Assembly (NCBI RefSeq): GCF_000315625.1
Contig: NW_005434599.1
Coordinates: 314,070-348,272 of the forward strand
Length of the DNA: 34,203 bases
Source of the DNA: Guillardia theta CCMP2712
Lineage: Eukaryota > Protista > Cryptophyta
Direction of reading: 5' to 3'
The notes beneath the pieces were generated by a model. The model ran no database searches. It was not told where the DNA came from and saw only the letters and a list, made by a program, of their open reading frames with translations. A program made the position numbers and the translations under genes. Positions within the stretch are counted from its first letter, which is position 1, and each line of letters opens with the position of its first letter. Positions 21,601 to 29,979 of the stretch are shown here, in pieces.

Positions 21601-22721
21601 CCTTCCCTCCTTCCCCCCTCCTTCCTCCCCCTCCCCCTCCCCTCCCCTTCCTCCCTCCCCTTCCTCCCTCCTCCCTCCTCCTCCCTCCTCCTCCCCTCCT
21701 TCCCTCCCCCTTCCCCTCCTTCCTCCTCCCTCTCCCTCCCCCTCCCCCTCTTCTCCCCTCTTCCTCTCCCTCTCCCTCTCCCTCTCCCTCTTCCTGTTCT
21801 CTTCTGATCCTTCTCGCCCTTCGCCTTAGCTGGAGTGCCCCGAAAAGCCTATTTCCTTCCCGCTGGGCAGGAAAATGAAGACAAAGCTCTTGCTGTTCGC
21901 GGAGAGATGAAGATGACGAAGACGGATGTGGAGGAGAGAGGAGCGTTCCCGATGATGGACAAGGACGGCAGCCTGGTACGACTACAAGGACAAGCGACTG
22001 AGGCTCACGCGGCGCTTAGACTCCAGGGTTCTACCCGAAAGGAATCGTCTTACACAAGGGCTGGAAGGTCTCGACAGGATACAACCCGGTGGATACTTCA
22101 GCTGTCGATGCGCTTCGTCCTCCTCTGCAGGTAAACCATCATGAGCATCTCCCCATGCCTCCTCCCCTGCTCTCGTCTCACGCTAGTCTGCGATCACCGA
22201 TGCTTGCCAGCGTGAGCTAGTCAACCTGGCCCAACAGCGAAGCATGAAGGTCCTCCTTCCCTTGCAAGTGCGTTCTCCTCACTGCTGGGACAGCATCGCG
22301 AGAAGCTGCTGCTGCCCAAGAAGCGAAAGGTTCGGCATGGGTGCTGGGACGGGGATGACGAGGTGGCAGGAGGCAAGGAAGGCGAGGATGCGGCAGGAGT
22401 TGGCGGAGGATCCGGTGCAGTACTCGCACACGGACTACATAAGGTATGAAGAACTTCATGGAGGAGCTTGAAAGAAGCAGAGGAGAGGAGGGAGGAAGAC
22501 GGCAATGTCAAGGCGGCGATGCTGAGAGGAGGGGCAGATACGAGGCTGCGCTCCGGGCGGCTGTGAAGGCAAGAAAGTGGAAGGAGGTGAAGCAAATGAG
22601 ACTGAGAGCAGCTGCTGAATGATCCGCAGAAACTTGCGAGAGGACGAGCGCCGCCTCTCTTCTCGGAGGGGCAGAAGACGAGATGAGAGCTAGGGGAGCA
22701 GAGGAGGGGCAGCTAGAATGA
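18619..22721 (+). CDS. Multi-exon G-patch domain protein with an N-terminal signal peptide and RLRGG motif; downstream exons unresolved and may belong to more than one gene
   Basis: Exon 1 encodes a hydrophobic CLLLLACSL stretch, YRLRGGG, and the G-patch GVGASLLRKMGYDGGGLGQREQGKPNAIEV..RAGIG. Many short GT-AG-bounded segments follow, with a candidate stop at 22719-22721. Confidence 0.6.
21314..21800 (+). repeat. Intronic polypyrimidine microsatellite (CCTCTC/CCTCTT)n spanning the gap at 21471-21570
   Basis: Visible directly. Confidence 0.95.
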
Positions 22722-22772
22722 ATAAAACGAAGCGAGAGAAAGAATATGCGAGGAAAGGAAGCAAGGCGTCGA

Positions 22773-24819
22773 CTACCAGAAGAGAGGGTAGGAGCGGAAG
22801 GGAGCAAGATTGTTGACGATGAGGGCTGTGAAAACGAGGATGACGCCTGCGCGTGTCGTTAGAGTAGAAGGAGGGAGGGAGAAGAACAGGCGCACATCCA
22901 AGAAGGGAGGGGATCAGATACGCCCAGCCCAATTCTCGGATTTGAGGTCCAGCTGGTGCAAGTCAGAGGCAGCAGGTCGGAGGTACAAGCAGCACCACTG
23001 ATGTAGATGATGGAACATGCGGCTGCCGGGGGATGCGTGAGGCCGGAGCCAGCCATGGCGGTGATCACCAGGGCAGGTACGAGGGCGTCACTGACAGGCT
23101 GTAGGAGGTCAGCAAGAGGGAGAAGCAGCTGAGCGTCACCTGGGGGAAGAAGGCAACGTACTTGGGGTCCGTGAGGTAGTTGACGATCACAGCGATGCTG
23201 CATGCGATGATGTGCGAGCCGATCACCATGCGAGGTTGCGCGAAGGGAGAGCTCGGGGCCGCGAAGATAAGAGTCGCGAGTGCCCCGTACGAGCCCAGCA
23301 TGATGGCGTAGTAAGTCTCGTTACCGACAGGACCGCAGGCCCAGGCGGAGTAGGAGACTGCGAGGAGCCCGATGAAGGCGCCAACAAACGTCACAGCCAT
23401 GCCCTTGACGTCCATCCGAGGCGGTGGCTTCCCTTCCGCCCCCTTCCATTTCCGCCAGTATTCGGAGAAGAAGCTTCGAATCTTCTGCTTCTCCTCTAGG
23501 GCCGAGGGCTCAGCCGACAGGTTCGTGAAGGTTTCCTCCTCCTCTAAGACGCTTATCCCCCCCACTGGCTTATCTGTCTTGGCTCTTGCGATCTTGTAGG
23601 CATAGTAGTTGAATCGGTCCCTGCGCTGGAAGTATGCCCGCATATGGCTGATCATCCCCGCGCTGTGTTTCATGCACTTGATAACGTCTGGGTTGTGCTT
23701 GACGTCCAGGTAAGAGCGAGCGACGTGCGCGATCTCCTCGTTGTGAGTGCGCTCGCCGCTGGTGGGCTCGTGGGGCAGGTAGAGCATGAGGACCCCAACG
23801 ATGCGCTTAGTGTTAGCCGCATCGAAGATGGGGAGGCCGAGGTAAGCGAGGAAGAGCTTCCCAGACAGCTCAGTGAGAGGATCCTTGGGGGTCTCCGGGT
23901 CCTCCATCATCTGATTGAAGATGTTCCAGTCTTGATGGCCCTGAAGCCAAATCGATCCAGGAAGCGACTGCCCGCAGCGGAAGCTAGCTTCCCTCCTCAC
24001 CCGTTCAAGCTCGACCAGCACTGTTTCACTCTCGCTGAGGCCGCAAGGAGCATGGCGGGTCCAAGCATGGCTCGAGGAGGGCTTTGTGAAAGAGACACCA
24101 GAGAAGCAGCAGTGGTGGGCTCCCTTGGCCTTGTGGTGAAACAGATGCATCATCGGACCTCGCGAGTTCTGAGCATGCGACTCCCCGTCGTGCACGTTGC
24201 CATCTTCACTCCTGCACACAGAGAAGGTTCAGGAGAAGGGAGCAGGCAAGGCAGCACCAGCACCTCAAGTGAGGATGTCCATCAGCCGACAGAGCTCGTT
24301 CAAACTCCTCGTCGATCGACATCTCAACCGAGCGCTCTGATGACTCCCGAGCAAGCGAATGATGCGAACGATCTCGCACGCTAGAAGCCGCGACTGACTC
24401 GCGATCATCCCCAGCCAAGTCGTTCGGCCCTGTCACGCCATTGCCGCTGGGATGATCGGCAGGTCCAACATTCCAGATCTCTGCATGGACGAACTTGGTG
24501 TGGAGGCAGATCCACTTCAACACGTCTCCCTCCTCGTGGAAATCGCTCGCGTGATTGTGCGATGTCCTGCTGCTGCTGTCCCCAAAATTTGCGGCCTGGC
24601 ACGGAGACGCAATCAGGCACCGGGTGCAAGTCAAGCATTAACAACCGAGAACTGGTTGGTCACGTCCGAAGGTGCTGGGTTAGCTTCAGACGGCCCAGTC
24701 CGATGTGCAAATGCATCGAGGAAGAAAGCTTCATCCGCTACCTTGATTGTTTCCAGCTCGGTTGAGAACACGAGCTCAGGTTTCATCAACACAAGAGGCT
24801 GCAATGACACGTCAGCCAT
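22773..24819 (-). CDS. HPP-family transmembrane protein (nitrite-transporter family) with an N-terminal GAF-like domain, about 6 exons
   Basis: The spliced C-terminus reads LGSYGALATLIFAAPSSPFAQPRMVIGSH...GLTHPPAAA...LGWAYL...LIVNNLAPFRSYPLFW* (stop 22773-22775). The N-terminal part has HAEIW, FRCGQSLPGSIW and LGLPIFD..IVGVLMLY. Confidence 0.88.
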
Positions 24820-25219
24820 CGTCACACAAGGTCACAGGGGGATTTGGTAAATGCATGTTGACGAAAGACTTGATGGATTATGTGGTTCCATTCTCTCTGC
24901 CTATGTGTACATCGAGATCTTGCGCATGTTCTGAACAGTGGAGCTCCTACGCATTTTCCATTCCCATCATCTGCTCTACTTTTATATCAGTCATATTCAC
25001 AACCCTTTAGCTGTCCTGCTATTTGCCCTGCAATCTTTCATCTCTTGCTCTCCCGACCTTTTCCCTTCCCCTTCCCTCCCGCTCCCTTCCCTTCCCCGCT
25101 CCCTCCATCTTTCGTTCCTTTCTCATCATTTCGCAATCTGCATCGTTTCTTTCTAAAATGTTTTATCAGTAATGGTTTTGAAAAGAAGCTATTTCGAGAA
25201 ACATCACAAAGTAGGAACA

Positions 25220-25470
25220 AGGGGTGGGTAGAAAACAGCAAGGAGGTGGGGTGTGACGGTGTCAGTGGTCACGGACGCACAGTAGGGGTACATAATACAG
25301 ATGTAGAGGGTAGGGGTACTACAAGCAATTTTCATCTTCGAGGGGTGGATGAGGGGAGGTAGGGTGGGGTGGTTCAGCAGTTGCCTCTTGCTGAAAGTTC
25401 AAAACTCAACGCTTGGCAATACACCACCCCCACCCCCATTTGTTCTCATAAATTGTAGGGTACTATATGA
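25220..25470. repeat. G-tract intergenic element, copy 2
   Basis: Multiple GGGGTGG and GGGGTAC(TAC) words. Confidence 0.55.
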
Positions 25471-25509
25471 CCAAGCTTGGCGGTTACAACATACAGTTTG
25501 ATTGTAACT

Positions 25510-25945
25510 GCTCAAGGCGGCTCACGCCGGCCCGGGCCCAGCGGCCGGCCCGGCGCGGCCAGACCGTTACCGGCCTGAGTACTGTATCGGTCGGTCCGAC
25601 AGCAGTGACGGCCGACCGGGGCCGGGGCACGGTGGGCCACCGGCGTGGCCGCCGCACCGTGCCACGGGCAGCCGCTGAGCCGCGGCCCGGCGGACTCCGC
25701 CGGGTTCGAGAGCCGAGTCCCGGGGACTCGGCTCTCGACTCCGGCGAATGCTCCCGGAGTCCGCCGGGACTCTGACTCGAGCACCGGCCGGGGAGGCCGG
25801 GCTGATGCCACTGAGCCGCCGGGCCCGGGGTAGAACTCGGAATAATACTCGTATAGCTGATGCCGGGTAGAATAATAGCTGACTCAGGCTCAGTCTCTGG
25901 CATACCGTCCTTACACTAGTGACCGTCGGACTCCCGGGACTCAGA
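25510..25945. repeat. GC-rich CCGGG/GACTC island, copy 2
   Basis: Dense CCGG, CCCGGG and GACTC/GAGTC words. Contains the hairpin GAGCCGAGTCCC-G-GGGACTCGGCTC at about 25710-25734. Confidence 0.6.
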
Positions 25946-26313
25946 TTCACCGTCTGAAAGAGCAAGGATAGAGTTGTTAATGCCATGATGGCATCGTATC
26001 TTTTCTTCACTCAATCATGATAGTCACTAGGCCAGTATGTGAGAGCCTCGGACTACGGTAGTACCTTTTACTCGGACTATCATAGTCACACGTACTACAG
26101 CAGTAGTACCTCTCTTGGCGGTTACAACTTACAGTCACTAGTGTAACTTCTTAAACGATTCCTGTAACGAATAAGAAACGTATTTGTAACGTCGGTGACG
26201 GTTGCGAAGAGCCACGCGGAGATGCTGAGCGCTATCTTGAAGGACATGGTGAGCGAGAGGGAGGTGGAGGAACTGAAGGAGAAGAAGGGGACAGAGACAG
26301 ACAATACATGATA

Positions 26314-26385
26314 GATGCGATGATTGATGCGATGATTGATGCGATGACTGATGCGATGATTGATGCGATGATTGATGCGTTGATA
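26314..26385 (+). repeat. 12-bp tandem repeat GATGCGATGATT, 5-6 copies
   Basis: Visible directly. Confidence 0.92.
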
Positions 26386-26929
26386 TTGGGAAGATTTTGC
26401 GGGTATGAAGGCCGGAATGTAGGATGTCGAGGGAACCAAGCAGAAGTAAGATTTGGTCGGTGCCAACGAGGTGTTGACATGAGAGAAGCAAGATACAGCA
26501 CTTGAATGCTGTATCATTGTGATGTGGCAATAGCTTTAACGCTCATGCCGTTTGAGAGCTATTTGACCTGAGGAGCAACTTGATGATCTTGTTTTGAGCT
26601 TTGTTTTTGAGTATGGATTGTTCTTCTGTATCACGAAGGAATATTCGGTTAGTTCATTGAGAGAAGCGTTCAATTGCAATTTTGGTACTGAGAACATTGT
26701 TTCTCAATGTTGTTGTTTCTCAATGTTTCAAACTGGGTTTGTTGTGAACCGAACCATGTGCAAATTTTGAGTTCAGAATTCAATGTGCCATTGTTGAAGG
26801 ACTGAGCGATCTCCTGCTTCAAAAAACATCTCGAAGCATTCTTTTGTTTGTATCAGAACTTTGATTTGCGTTCGACTCATGGCCTTGTTGATTGATGCGA
26901 CGACTCGTTGCACGTGATGATGTGGGGGC

Positions 26930-27566
26930 AAGTGTAGATCAGAGGGGAACCTCAACATTTTCACAAAAGCTTTCTTCCACCAAATCCTCTCCGCTACATC
27001 CTTTACTGCGCCTGATTGATCTGCAATACAGTTTGCCCAGGGCCCTGAGCCTGTGGTTCTCCTTCCTCATGACGGAACCTGCGTATGTACATAGATTCTC
27101 GTCGGTTTTCGCTGAATTTTCGGGCCACTAGAACACCATGCCTGGCTGGTCTGTGACCTGGTCTACCCCCAATGTTGAGGCAGATCCTGACTGCAAGTCC
27201 TTCCCCTTCTATGCGCACAGGTCGATCAAAGTTGCATCTGTATTCAGGTCTGAAAGGGTTGCAGGGGTCTTGGCTCTGGTGCTTCCTACGGGGCCTCAAA
27301 CTTCGCTGTTTCATCACTTGCCAACGGAATGGCCCACCAGCAGGCTTAAAAAGAAATTTGTAGCTTTCCAAGAATGATTAAACATAGATGATGAAAGTGC
27401 CAACGATTTGAAGTTTTTATTTGGGAATGTTGCAAATTCTAGTCAGGAGCAACCGCTGCAGGCCAACAGTGCAGGTATGTGACGCGACATTTGTTGCATT
27501 AGAAATACAGCAACAGGGTGACAGCATTGCAGATTCAACGAGCTGACACATGTCGCACAGGAATGA
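26930..27566 (+). CDS. Possible small multi-exon gene of unknown function; boundaries uncertain
   Basis: Intron-like segments of about 45-55 bp with GTATGT donors (about 27082 and 27475) and TAG/CAG acceptors. The joined reading FAQGPEPVVLLPHDGTC-NTMPGWSVTWSTPNVEADPDCKSFPFYAHR is open. Confidence 0.3.
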
Positions 27567-27575
27567 ATGCTTTCA

Positions 27576-28346
27576 TCAACTTACAACTATCCTTGGAAAT
27601 TCATATAGATTTGCAGATGCTGCATCGTCTGATATGGATCGTCTTGCTTTGAGCTCGCAGTTGAAATTTCTCAACGATGAGAATGATGTCATCATCTGGA
27701 GAACGTCGCCGGTGTTCATTCTCCCACACTTCAAACAATCAAGACAAGTACGTAACGTTTGCCTCGGCCCCCCTGAAATATTCTCAAAAATTTTCAGCAT
27801 CTCTTTCTTATGGCCAATATTCTCTCCAACAGCCTCCTTAAATTCATTGAGGTGATCCAAGTTTCTGTTGTTCTCCGTTGAAACGATTTCCCGATGGGAG
27901 CCTGAAATCCCAGATGAGACTGTGTATTGCGTTGAAGATTGCATAGACGCGTCGGAGTGATGGAACGTGATAGGATTCGCTGCAGCTATTTGTGCAGATC
28001 GACTCCTCGCAGATAGATCCTTCCTGTGTCGCAAGAGCAGGGCTGTCCTAACTTGTCTCTGCTCCACACAAACAAAGTTACTCAAATGTGAATGAAAGAT
28101 TGCATCATTGATAACAAGTACCTTGAGCTCATGGTAGATTCTGCTTGTTCGCAAATGGGATCTTCGCTTCTTCGCGTCCATGGCAGTACCCTCGGATTGT
28201 AATGTGTCGGCTTCAGAGCCTGATCCTGGTACCCATGCTTCGAGCAAATCTAACTCATTTCCAATAGTTTCGTAGATTCTTACTTCATGCAGTATTTTCC
28301 TCATTTGTTGAGTTTTGTTCATGGATAAAACTTGATCTTCAATCAA
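27576..28346 (-). CDS. Hypothetical protein of about 250 aa (first ATG about 28322)
   Basis: Uninterrupted ORF in AT-richer DNA with a CLDCLKC motif; no recognisable domain. Confidence 0.45.
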   Translation of the reverse strand: MIEDQVLSMNKTQQMRKILHEVRIYETIGNELDLLEAWVPGSGSEADTLQSEGTAMDAKKRRSHLRTSRIYHELKVLVINDAIFHSHLSNFVCVEQRQVRTALLLRHRKDLSARSRSAQIAAANPITFHHSDASMQSSTQYTVSSGISGSHREIVSTENNRNLDHLNEFKEAVGENIGHKKEMLKIFENISGGPRQTLRTCLDCLKCGRMNTGDVLQMMTSFSSLRNFNCELKARRSISDDAASANLYEFPRIVVS

Positions 28347-28729
28347 TCAGTCTTCTACTCCGTCACAGAGCGAAAGCAGAATGCAATGTTCGTCGCTGAA
28401 TATTTACGAGCCGTCAACTTGTTTTCAAGACTAGGCTGGAAGTAGGAGCGAAGTGTGACGGTGGGGAGGAAAGAGAGCAGAGCTAGAGCTGAGAGAGGGA
28501 AAGGAGGGAGGAAAGAAAAGGTAGGGCGCAGGCTTGGATGAGGGAAAGGGAGGCGTTAGTTTGAGCTTGGTAAGGATCCTTTTAGAGAGGGTACGACACG
28601 ACAAGAAATGGACCTACCACCGGTGGTTTCATTTGAAAGGAAGGGGGTACTACATCATAAAAGTCTTTATAAACCCTGCTGTCAAAAATTCAATTATTAA
28701 AAAGCAGGAAAGTTTTGTGACATGAAATC

Positions 28730-29080
28730 GATCGGACTGACTCCCCGGCCCGGGTCCGGGGAGTCCCGGACACCCGGGCCTGAGCCTGAGCCCTCCGAGT
28801 CACCGGGCGATCGGCTGACTGAGGCTCCCCGCCGGGACTCCGGGACCCGGGCCTGAGCGGCCTGAGCCCTCCTGAGTGGCGATCGGCCGCAGTGACTCGG
28901 AGGCTCCCCGGGTCCCGGGCGCGGCCCGGCCTGAGCCTGCCCTGACTCCGCAGGCGGCGGCCCTCAGTGATGATCGGCTTGAGGCTCCCCGGGCCCCCGG
29001 GCCTGGTGACGTAGTGTCCAGGAGTCCTGGGACTTGGCTCTTCCGGGCCCCGCCGGGCCTTCAAGTCGGCCTCCACTAGT
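28730..29080. repeat. GC-rich CCGGG/GACTC/CCTGAG island, copy 3
   Basis: Same word composition as 2585-2790 and 25510-25945. Confidence 0.6.
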
Positions 29081-29129
29081 CACTCAGAAGTTCATTTCCA
29101 GTCAAGATGACAGAAGTTGATCGTTGACA

Positions 29130-29312
29130 TCGGTAGGGGGGTGGGTAGTACGATTGACTCTGACTTGAACCCTGGACCCCTCCCATTATTAACCCCACCA
29201 TTATCAAAAACACTAAAACTTGTCCTAAATAGAGGGGGTGTCTTGAATCACAGGGTGGGAGGGGTCAGTATCGGAATTGCAGGTGATGACATAGGGGGGT
29301 GGGGGGTACGGA
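29130..29312. repeat. G-tract intergenic element, copy 3
   Basis: GGGGGGTGGGTAGTAC, GGGTGGGAGGGG and GGGGGGTGGGGGGTAC. Confidence 0.5.
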
Positions 29313-29493
29313 AAAGTTTCCTAATCGTTTTCAACGACCATGCCGGAAATAAGTGAAGTGAAGCGATGAAGAGGGTAGAGAGAGAGAGAGGAGGAGGAGA
29401 AGAGAGATGTGTGGGAGAGAGGGAGGAAGGAGAGATGCTGGGTCAGGGAGAGCCTCGAGCCGAGGAGAGAAAAAGACAGACTCGCCCGGCCTG

Positions 29494-29563
<70 letters not shown>
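29494..29563 (+). repeat. (CAGA)n microsatellite, about 17 units
   Basis: Visible directly. Confidence 0.98.
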
Positions 29564-29564
<1 letters not shown>

Positions 29565-29979
29565 AACAGGAGAGGAGAGAGACATACAAAAGGAACAGAG
29601 GAGGAAGAGCAGAGAGGGCGAGAGGTGGGTACAGAGCAGGGGAGAGGGGTAGAGATTGGGTGTGAGAGTCAGACGAGACTTAGACGCGTGTAGACTACTA
29701 TCCTACAAAGGAACAATGGCTGTTGCAGCAGGAGGGGAGGAAATTATCAGTGAAGTAAGAAGGAGAGGAAAATCTTCGAATCCGCAAAAGATTTGAGAGG
29801 GGATAAATAGAGAATGAGTGTTGTGCTCAATCGTTCTCCGTTTGCAAGCCAACAATGTATGATAGCATGCGTGATCCACAACATTAGCATCCTCTTGCTC
29901 ACAAGGATCTGATGGCATCTCAGGCCTGAGCTTTTGTATGGGCGACAGGGAGGCGAGAGAATCTTCTTAGCGACGGAAG

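Noticed and set aside
25467-26010. Pro/Arg/Gly-rich ORFs in GC islands (also 2468-3014 and 28690-29079)
   Set aside because: Stop codons are rare in very GC-rich DNA, the ORFs are open in several frames, and none has protein-like features.
26222-26520. Small + strand gene (MLSAILKDM...)
   Set aside because: I could not build a consistent spliced frame across the 12-bp repeat.
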